Positions 1-7,300 of a DNA stretch of 13,563 bases are shown here, one piece after another (the first letter of the stretch is position 1; the number at the start of each line of letters is the position of its first letter). The notes under the pieces are model-generated. The model had not been told where the DNA came from. It did no database searches and saw only the letters and a program-made list of their open reading frames with translations. The DNA is from an uncultured Methanosarcinales archaeon. GTDB taxonomy: Archaea > Nanobdellota > Nanobdellia > Woesearchaeales > JAGVZT01. The translations under genes and the position numbers were made by a program. The stretch lies in assembly GCA_964419615.1 (NCBI GenBank), contig CAYQPU010000036.1, forward strand, positions 2,671-16,233. Direction: 5' to 3'.

Positions 1-25
1 TTACTTTAGAGTAGGCGGCACCCAG

Positions 26-1168
26 ATGTACGATGATAATAGCTGGTTTAGAATAACTGGTCAACCTAATGGAAGAACTAGAATTTATGGAGATCTAAGA
101 GTTGAAGATGATATCATTTCTGTAGATGAGATCTGCCTCGATAATGGATGTAGAAGAACTTGGCCATCAGGCACAGTAAGCACTGCAGATTCAAGTTTCC
201 GTTGGCCAACTGGCACCTATGGATCTATTGAAGTCTATCCAAGTGGTAAGAACAGCTGGGAAGGTTATAGTATTAATGGTCGTTATGTATTGATGAGTGC
301 AGATAGTAATCAGGTAGGCTTGTATAATGATGTAGATAATGAATGGATGTTGTACTGTGCACGTAATAATTATTGTACCATGTATTATAATGGTGCTTCT
401 CGGATTCGGGCCCAGAGTAATGGTATGTATCTGTGGGGAGGAATAGAGACCGGCGGTAATGGAGTATCAGGAAATTATGGAACCCTTCAAGTTAATGGCG
501 GCGGTAAAGGAAATTGGGAAGGATTTAGTATCAATGGTCGAGCAGTCTTTATGCATAGTGGGGGATCTGAAACAGGTATCTATAATGATGTAAATAATGA
601 ATGGATCTTATATGCTAATCATAATAGTTATACTTATTTGTATTATAATGGAGGCTGGCAATTAAGAACTCAAAGCAATGGAATCAGATCCAACAACAAT
701 GTATATGCAGACAGCAATATGTATGCTTCAGCATTCTACTACAGCTCTGATAGAAGATTAAAAACAAACATCAAGCCAATAGAAGACAGTACAGACAAAA
801 TAATGAAGCTTGAAGGAGTTTCATTTAACTGGAAAGAGGATGGCAGAAGAGATATTGGATTGGTTGCTCAGGATGTAGCTAAAGTGTTCCCAGAAGCAGT
901 TGCTCTAAACGATGAAACAGGTTATAATGTATTAGAATATGGCCACTTGGTAGCACCATTAGTTGAGGCAACAAAAGAGCAGCAAGAAGAATTAAATGAA
1001 CATGATAGGGAAATCAGACAATTGCAAATGGAGTTAAATAAGCTCAAAAAAGAAATTACTCCATTAATTGAAACAACCAAAGAACAACAGCAAAAAATAA
1101 ACCAACAGGAAAGAGAAATCATGCAACTAAGACTTGAGATTCAAAAAGTGAAAGTTGCTGAAATTTAG
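26..1168 (+). CDS. Tail-fibre-like trimeric adhesin with C-terminal peptidase S74 intramolecular chaperone and coiled coil; probably 5'-truncated by the window edge
   Basis: YYSSDRRLKTNI...LEGVSFNWK...DIGLVAQDV..VFPEAV is the S74 chaperone signature, with the Ser/Lys dyad intact (codons 743-763). The N-terminal part is G/N/Y/W-rich beta repeats. The frame is open upstream to base 2 (YFRVGGTQ-M), so the real start probably lies outside the window. Confidence 0.85.
   Translation: MYDDNSWFRITGQPNGRTRIYGDLRVEDDIISVDEICLDNGCRRTWPSGTVSTADSSFRWPTGTYGSIEVYPSGKNSWEGYSINGRYVLMSADSNQVGLYNDVDNEWMLYCARNNYCTMYYNGASRIRAQSNGMYLWGGIETGGNGVSGNYGTLQVNGGGKGNWEGFSINGRAVFMHSGGSETGIYNDVNNEWILYANHNSYTYLYYNGGWQLRTQSNGIRSNNNVYADSNMYASAFYYSSDRRLKTNIKPIEDSTDKIMKLEGVSFNWKEDGRRDIGLVAQDVAKVFPEAVALNDETGYNVLEYGHLVAPLVEATKEQQEELNEHDREIRQLQMELNKLKKEITPLIETTKEQQQKINQQEREIMQLRLEIQKVKVAEI
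212..685 (+). repeat. Two intragenic 72-aa repeats (212-427 and 470-685; period 258 bp = 86 aa)
   Basis: GTYGSIEV..GK..WEGYSINGR.V.M......GLYNDVDNEWMLY...NNY...YYNG...R.QSNG aligns ungapped with GNYGTLQV..GK..WEGFSINGR.V.M......GIYNDVNNEWILY...NSY...YYNG...R.QSNG; 37/72 identical by manual count. Confidence 0.9.
953..1165 (+). repeat. Tandem duplication of the C-terminal coiled coil (period 105 bp = 35 aa)
   Basis: APLVEATKEQQEELNEHDREIRQLQMELNKLKKEI is followed by TPLIETTKEQQQKINQQEREIMQLRLEIQKVKVAEI; 16 of the first 32 residues are identical. Confidence 0.85.
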
Positions 1169-1176
1169 TTTTTTTT
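1169..1176 (+). terminator. Oligo-T tract, candidate archaeal terminator
   Basis: Eight consecutive T immediately after the TAG of the fibre gene. Confidence 0.55.
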
Positions 1177-1183
1177 AGAAATA

Positions 1184-1191
1184 TTTAAATA
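1184..1191 (+). promoter_or_regulatory. Archaeal TATA box for the 88-aa gene
   Basis: TTTAAATA lies 24-31 nt upstream of ATG 1215, preceded by purine-rich AGAAA (BRE-like); spacing fits a leaderless transcript. Confidence 0.6.
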
Positions 1192-1214
1192 TGATTTTCT
1201 TATAATGCTTTATT

Positions 1215-1481
1215 ATGAAAAAATTAGTGATCTTAGTTTTACTAGGAATCTTATTAGTACTATTTAGTCAGCCTGTTCTTTCTGGATGTGGAGCTGCAAT
1301 TACATGTACTGGAACTGTTTGTAGACTCTATCCTTTCAGTTCAACACATATCAGCCCTCAATGTAGAAAGCTTACCAATACCAATGGTGGATATTCATTA
1401 TTTATTCCAAATAGAACTAATCTAGAATTCAATTATTTTAGGGTGTTTAGGCCAAGTGGAATTGTTTGGGAGAGTTGTTAG
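1215..1481 (+). CDS. Small exported Cys-rich protein, possibly a lipoprotein
   Basis: MKK plus a hydrophobic core, then LSGC (lipobox-like, Cys25) and four further Cys; has its own TATA box. Confidence 0.75.
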   Translation: MKKLVILVLLGILLVLFSQPVLSGCGAAITCTGTVCRLYPFSSTHISPQCRKLTNTNGGYSLFIPNRTNLEFNYFRVFRPSGIVWESC

Positions 1482-1617
1482 GCTAGGCCATTTGTTATAC
1501 CTTTAGAAAGCTCTTCCCAATATTCTTTGGCTGTGTTCCATTTATCTTTTTTAAACTTATCAACCCATTTTGCTAAAGTTGTGTTGTCTTGATCTGCTTG
1601 CTGTAATCTGTTTAGAT
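1478..1617 (-). pseudogene. Orphan 3' fragment of a second GAPOR allele
   Basis: 1500-1617 matches 2407-2524 ungapped (105/118 nt). It translates as LNRLQQADQDNTTLAKWVDKFKKDKWNTAKEYWEELSKGITNGLA* versus LNRLQQADPNNTTLAKWVEKFKKDKWSAAREYWEQLSEGISAGL* in the intact gene. It has no start codon, and an in-frame TAA lies upstream at 1628-1630. Confidence 0.9.
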
Positions 1618-1868
1618 TAACGCCTAATTATTTCTTGTATCTCAGCAAGAAAGTTTTTATTTAATTGTATAGCATTTTTTCCTTTCTTAGCATAAACAAC
1701 AAAGGATTTTTTAATAAGACTATATATGGCTTTTTTAGCATCCCCATATTGATGAGGCATAAAACCAGATTTCATTACCTTCTCCAACCTTATATGTTTC
1801 GCTCCATACAAGCTTCTTGAATGCATTACCTTTAATATTGCTATTTCAAACTCCTTTAGACCTGCCAT
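1617..1868 (-). CDS. Small basic hypothetical protein (83 aa), probable winged-helix-like fold
   Basis: MAGLKEFEIAILKVMHSRSLYGAKHIRLEKVMKSGFMPHQYGDAKKAIYSLIKKSFVVY..KG.NAIQLN has a helix-helix-helix plus beta-hairpin pattern. Start moved from 1895 to 1868 because the 1895 ATG lies inside a TTTATATG box (1893-1900) that sits 25-32 nt upstream of ATG 1868. Confidence 0.7.
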   Translation of the reverse strand: MAGLKEFEIAILKVMHSRSLYGAKHIRLEKVMKSGFMPHQYGDAKKAIYSLIKKSFVVYAKKGKNAIQLNKNFLAEIQEIIRR

Positions 1869-1872
1869 TGAA

Positions 1873-1892
1873 ACTATCTTTAAAGAGATAGT
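1873..1892. promoter_or_regulatory. Inverted repeat ACTATCT-N6-AGATAGT, candidate operator
   Basis: Perfect 7-bp arms located between the TATA box (1893-1900) and the start (1868) of the 83-aa gene, divergent from a wHTH gene. Confidence 0.5.
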
Positions 1893-1965
1893 CATATAAA
1901 TCTATCTTTGGTTTGTGTCTAACATTAGTTATTTTCCAACCAACATTGGTTAAATGTAGAAAGAC

Positions 1966-1973
1966 TTAAATAT
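1966..1973 (+). promoter_or_regulatory. TATA box for the wHTH gene
   Basis: TTAAATAT lies 22-29 nt upstream of ATG 1995, preceded by AGAAAAGA. Confidence 0.5.
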
Positions 1974-1994
1974 AGTTTATGATTTATTATAGCC

Positions 1995-2342
1995 ATGGCA
2001 AGTTTAAACGATGAAATGGGAAAATCTGTATTTTTAGAAACTTTTGGAGAGTCTCCAATAAATAGAATCTTAGACTTTTTGATAGTATTTGATAACTTTG
2101 ACTACTCTATGACCGATATAGCCATGAAAGCAGGAATTAGTTATTCCACTTTAAAAACATTAATCAAAGAATTATTGGAAAAAGGTTTGATTGTTCAAAG
2201 TAGGATTAGTGGTAAATCACCCATGTATAAATTAAACAAAGATAATCCTTTAGTGAAAAAATTTGTAGAGTTTTATTGGAATGTAACAGATGAAGCTGTT
2301 AGTAAAGAAGTAAAAAAGAAGGAAATAACTGTTTCACAATGA
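1995..2342 (+). CDS. Winged helix-turn-helix transcriptional regulator (ArsR/MarR-like fold)
   Basis: RILDFL....DYSMTDIAMKAGISYSTLKTLIKELLEKGLIVQSRISGKSPMYKLN is an HTH followed by a beta-wing. Confidence 0.85.
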   Translation: MASLNDEMGKSVFLETFGESPINRILDFLIVFDNFDYSMTDIAMKAGISYSTLKTLIKELLEKGLIVQSRISGKSPMYKLNKDNPLVKKFVEFYWNVTDEAVSKEVKKKEITVSQ

Positions 2343-2387
2343 CCTCCTTCCCATACTAAACAAGCTGAGGTATATGGTAGAATCAGT

Positions 2388-4262
2388 TCACAATCCAGCT
2401 GAAATTCCTTCAGAAAGCTGTTCCCAATATTCTCTAGCTGCACTCCATTTATCTTTTTTAAATTTCTCCACCCATTTTGCTAAAGTTGTGTTGTTTGGGT
2501 CTGCTTGCTGTAATCTGTTTAGATAAGTTACAATAACATCCACAACTCGTTCAGACTCCCAGAAAACAGATTGGTTATGCACTTTATCAATTAAACTAGC
2601 CAACTCTTTATGGTGTTCATAATAATCTATGTTTTGATCAAACAAACCATTTACAATATCTTGAATTACCTTTTCAACCCATTTTCTGTGAAATCTGCAA
2701 ATACCAGTATTATCACTATAAAGTTCCTTTATCATCCTATCTGATGAACTCTTGCCAAGCTCAAAAGGTTCTTTAAATCCTGCTGAGTAATCCTCAAAAT
2801 ACTTGCCTTGAATAGGCATAGGCGCAAAAAACGCAGGCACCCAATATTGATTTGGAGCCATGCATCCTTCTTTAGAATGCGGTGTAAACAAAGCCCTGTT
2901 AATTGTATTTGTTCCATATTTTTCATCCAAAATCTTAGCAGCCTTCCTTATACCATGCCTAAAGATCTCACCCTTTTCAGTAAAAAACATATTTGTAATC
3001 TCTAGAACACACTCTGCATTATGCATAGAATCCTCAGGATTGTTAAAATTATCAAGGTCCCATTTTGGCACTAACTTCAGACCAAAATCTTCCTTTGGAA
3101 TAATTTGTTTGTAAACAAGCTCCATAATCCAAGAAATAATATTCCCCGCTTGAATAGCATCAAAACCCATTGCATCAACCAAATGATTGGTTTGTTCTGC
3201 ACCTCTCTGGTCAAAAATACCACAATTTGGGCCCAGAGCTTCATAAGGTTCATAATCTTTTTTATATTTGCCTCTCATTTTCTTGCAAACAGCAGGACAA
3301 GCTTCCCCGCAGTTCTTCCAAGACTTTGTTTTAATAGTCTCGTCATTAAACTGTTTGAGATAATGTTTCTGCACAAGTTTGTTATAAATTTCAAGCCTTT
3401 TGGCATTATCCATATAGACAGAAGTCCAATTCATGTACAAAAGCCAATCTTTTAATTTTGATAAATTAACACCAAAAGTTCCCCCAGATTCAAAAGCTTC
3501 ATCATACCTGTACTTTTTTGTTGCATCCATGGCAGCCTGCATCATCTTTTGACCTGTTCCTTTAACAAAAATATCATTAATCTGCTGAATCTTTCTTAGT
3601 GAATCATCATGATAATCACCACCATAAACAATAGCAACAATATTGTGCTGCTGAACTAGTTTTGAGCCCAAACCACCACGACCTGCCCAGCAATCTACAC
3701 CAGTTAACTGCCCTTTGCATAAAACAGAGGATCCTAATGCTCCAATATCAGTATGCTTTGCAGCAGGTCCAGCAGCAATCACTCTACATGAATCACAAAC
3801 ATTCTTTGCATGGCACTCATTACAATGATCTAAAGCATATTGTTGCAAAGCATAAACACCTTTATTCCCATCAAAACCTTTCCAAACCTTGTCAACATCA
3901 ACAGGCTCGAAATTAACTTTTAACTCACCACCAAAATTACTCAACCTTAAAATGCAAGGTTCTCTAAAAGAATTTTTAATAGCAACATAATTCAAACCCA
4001 ATTTAACAAATTTTAAACCAGCCCCTCCCATAGTAGAAATGTAAAATGTCTTCCAAATTGGACTAATTCCACTAAAAATCAACCTATGTGTGCCTGGAAT
4101 TGGAGAACCAGCAAGAACTCCAACACCAAAACAAAAATAATCCTGCTTTTGGTTCATATGAAAACCAAAATCAACAGGCCCAATAATTCTTTTATCTCTA
4201 ACCTTCTTAACATCCCATGTCTCAGATGCTGCATCAATCACAAGTGCTTTTTGTTCTATCAT
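2388..4262 (-). CDS. gor: Glyceraldehyde-3-phosphate:ferredoxin oxidoreductase (GAPOR), W/Mo-pterin aldehyde ferredoxin oxidoreductase family
   Basis: Motifs recalled from archaeal GAPOR: AGSPIPGTHRL, STMGGA, WAGRGG.GS.L...HNIVAI.YGG, KYRY....SGGTFG, CGEACPAVCKK and CRFHR.W (Fe-S ligands), YEPYEA.GP..GI, VDAMGFDAI, P+PIQGKY, VFWES.RV+D. Confidence 0.9.
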   Translation of the reverse strand: MIEQKALVIDAASETWDVKKVRDKRIIGPVDFGFHMNQKQDYFCFGVGVLAGSPIPGTHRLIFSGISPIWKTFYISTMGGAGLKFVKLGLNYVAIKNSFREPCILRLSNFGGELKVNFEPVDVDKVWKGFDGNKGVYALQQYALDHCNECHAKNVCDSCRVIAAGPAAKHTDIGALGSSVLCKGQLTGVDCWAGRGGLGSKLVQQHNIVAIVYGGDYHDDSLRKIQQINDIFVKGTGQKMMQAAMDATKKYRYDEAFESGGTFGVNLSKLKDWLLYMNWTSVYMDNAKRLEIYNKLVQKHYLKQFNDETIKTKSWKNCGEACPAVCKKMRGKYKKDYEPYEALGPNCGIFDQRGAEQTNHLVDAMGFDAIQAGNIISWIMELVYKQIIPKEDFGLKLVPKWDLDNFNNPEDSMHNAECVLEITNMFFTEKGEIFRHGIRKAAKILDEKYGTNTINRALFTPHSKEGCMAPNQYWVPAFFAPMPIQGKYFEDYSAGFKEPFELGKSSSDRMIKELYSDNTGICRFHRKWVEKVIQDIVNGLFDQNIDYYEHHKELASLIDKVHNQSVFWESERVVDVIVTYLNRLQQADPNNTTLAKWVEKFKKDKWSAAREYWEQLSEGISAGL

Positions 4263-4285
4263 GTAAATTGTATTAATTCTTGTAT

Positions 4286-4293
4286 TATATAAA
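4286..4293 (-). promoter_or_regulatory. TATA box for GAPOR
   Basis: TTTATATA on the minus strand, 24-31 nt upstream of ATG 4262, within the 39-bp intergenic gap. Confidence 0.6.
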
Positions 4294-4301
4294 ATTTATC
4301 T

Positions 4302-7300
4302 TTAGTGGATAATTGTATTGTATTGATCTCTCATATCTCTATACATAGAATATGCCCAATACTCTCCACTGCTTTTTGGATATGTATATCCTTTACTAGT
4401 AAGTCTTCTATAAAACTCAAATTCCCTAAAAAATGCCCAACTTTCCTCTAATTCAACAGCTCCATCATGAATCCCATAATAATGATAGCTCCATTCATTA
4501 CTGTTTGCTCTACTCAAATGTTCAGTTTCGTGAACAATTGTACCAGCAAGTTCATATACATCATACTCAAATGCAGCGTCAAATAAGCCTATATGACCTA
4601 CCTCTGCCTCAGCAAGTGCAGCTGCTTTACCCCCAGGTTCACCATAGGAAAGACCCTGTGGAAATATCAAATCATGATGATATTCAGTCCAATATTCAAT
4701 TGAAGTTGCCCCAGCAATAAATTCATCATAGATGTATGGATCAACTTGATGCACAATTTCCAATGCTTGTTTTAACTTAAACATTTTCTTTGAATCAGCA
4801 GACAATCTTGGTCCGTACAGGCCTTTTATCTGAGAAATTTCAGAATTTATTTGAGATGGTAAACTATTAGTAATATCAATATCCATTCTTCCATCTCCAG
4901 AAAGAATGCCCTTTAGTCCGAAAATCTTCTGTCTTGTGCTTAGGTCAAGATTATTCATCGCCCTTAACTCAAATGGGTCTATGCCAAACTTGAACCCCTG
5001 GTTATCCACTATAACAACACCGTGTTTGTAAACACCCATAACCTCCCAAGCCTCACCAGACGAATCTCCAATATAAACAAGATCTCCTTTAGGAATATTA
5101 AGCACATGTTCATACCCTCTTTTTACTAGGAAATTTTCATTTGATCTCCAGATTGTTTCAATATTCACGAAAACAGGTGCTGAATCTTTAGTAGTTTGTT
5201 TTGGTCTCTTAACTAACACTCCTGGTTCATTATATTGCATATGTACGTTAACTATACTTGCAGAAGTTGCACTAGTCCATATAGCTACTTCCTGTCCTAG
5301 AAGAAATACCGGACACTTAGACGCTCTTGCACAATATGCTAATGGCTTTGATGAGAATGCTTCTTGTGCATGAGCTAATTCAACACTATCTTCAACAGCA
5401 ATTACCTTTTTCTGTGATTCAATCTCACTTTCTTTCAAAATTGTTCCGTCTTCAAAGTCAATTGCAGAAATATCAATACCTTCATTGTATAACAAAACCT
5501 TGCCTTCTTTATTTTCAATTAAGAAAACATCATCAGCTATTTGTTTTGCACCACCTATTTCATTAATTTTTATGGTGTCCAATTGTCCTTTGTACTCATA
5601 AACAGATAGCAAATCTCCATTGTAATCAAATTTTATATCTGTTTTTAAATTAACTAAATCATAAGAATCAATACCTGTCAAAGCCATCATAAATATCTCC
5701 AGAGCAGGATGCACCTGCCCGGCTAATTCTTCTACTCCCTCTTCAATTACTACCGAAAAACCTTTTAAGAAGACTTGCATGATAGCATTATCACTAGCAC
5801 CCAATATAAATGAACTAAACTTTGCACTAGCACCCATCACTGCTCTACCCCAAGCAAACTTTGATAAAACAGCGGCTCCGCCTTTTGCAATAGCACCATA
5901 AAATACCCACTGTGCAGGATTAGCCAAAGACACAACAACATCTCTAAATTGATCATGAACAAACTTATCAAATTGAATTGAGACAGTGCTTGCAACTACA
6001 TTTTCTCCATTATAAATAACTGAAGTGTCACCAGGAATTTGTTCCAATACAGCCCCTGCAAGATCATAGTATCCTTCATCCTTTAGCCTTAACACATATT
6101 CAAGTCTAATCTCATCAGCTTGACTTCCTTCTGATTCAGAAAGATCAATCATTGCATGAATTGTTGGGCTATTAACAAGATACTCACTATTACCATAAAC
6201 ACTACTTTCATAACTGTCAACAAGCACTTCACTTTCAAAGTCTTTTGCTATCTCTTCAACAGGTCTATTAATATCAAAATACAGATCGGCTGCAACTGTG
6301 TAATCAGGATTTGGAAAAGTTGGATGGGATGCAAACAAGCAACCTTTCATTTCAACATCTCCTTCTTGATTTCCATGGGCACTACCTCTTAAAATCTTAT
6401 GGTGCCAGTCATCTTCAGCACAAGTTTTTACCACTCCTCCCCATCTACCAACTCCTATCATATAAGATTCCCTATCTTTACTAACTGAATTAACATCAAG
6501 TACTCCTCCATTTAATGTAATCTTTCCTTGATAAGAATCTGTAATCTCTAATTTTTCAAACCATCTTAATTCAATGTCTTGATTGCTAGCTTTTTTATTT
6601 TGAAACTCTGCTAGTCTCTTTTGTTTATAACTATCTGCATCCTCTTTAATTTTGCTAATAGCAGTTCTCAAATCAGAAGCTTTTCCTGAGTCAAGATAAT
6701 GTTTAGCCTGGATTATACTTGCAACTCTCAGCTTAGCACTCATTTCATTATCAAGGTCATCATCTACCTCTAGGTCATCAGTAACAAAGAAAATATTAAA
6801 TGAATCAATAGCCATATTCAAATAAAGAAATCCTTTTATCAATGGTCCCTTGTTCTCCAAATATTCATTGATATTCTTGGATGAAAAATATGTTTTTGGA
6901 GCAAGCTTAGCTTTTTTCTCTTCATACATATATCCACTCATCCTGAGCGCAGAATATAAAACAAGATTGTCATTAGGATCACCAGTTAAAAAATTAAATC
7001 CATTTGCCTCAAGCAGCTCCATTCTTATGTTGTTATCATTTTTCATAACCTCTAATTCAGCTATCTGTGCCTCAACCTCATCAGCTTCTAATGAACCCAG
7101 TGCAAGAAGAGCGTGTTTTTTTGCCAGTAAAGATTTAAGTGCAATATCAATTTCGTAGTTCTCAAATACCAGTAATTCAACTGCTTCAACTTTATCAAGA
7201 TCTCGTAAAACCTCTCTAAAACCTTGTTCATCATATTTAATAAAACCTTTTGCTTCAAGAGCACCAGCTTTTGAATCATATTCAGATCTTATTTGTTCAA

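Larger units (their letters stand above)
1618..2524. mobile_element. 907-bp islet inserted at the 3' end of the GAPOR gene (two genes plus a replacement gene end)
   Basis: Bounded by direct repeats 1500-1617 and 2407-2524 (offset 907). There is a perfect 25-bp core tctgcttgctgtaatctgtttagat at 1593-1617 and 2500-2524. No recombinase is encoded. Confidence 0.65.

Noticed and set aside
1-1481. Prophage or provirus
   Set aside because: Only a fibre/S74 gene is present, with no integrase, terminase, capsid or replication genes in the window; sequence to the left cannot be assessed.
1478-1630. +1 frameshift fusing the 83-aa protein to the orphan GAPOR tail
   Set aside because: The CGT-TAA context offers no plausible tRNA re-pairing or slippery run; an insertion junction explains the adjacency.
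1869-1895. ORF-track starts at 1895 (also 9209 and 12442)
   Set aside because: The 1895 ATG lies inside a TATA box, TTG 9209 directly abuts one, and GTG 12442 overlaps an SD-like motif; the downstream ATGs at 1868, 9188 and 12451 fit better.
1500-2524. Diversity-generating retroelement TR/VR pair
   Set aside because: The 13 mismatches are not adenine-specific on either strand (G/C, C/T, T/G and A/G all occur), and no reverse transcriptase is present.
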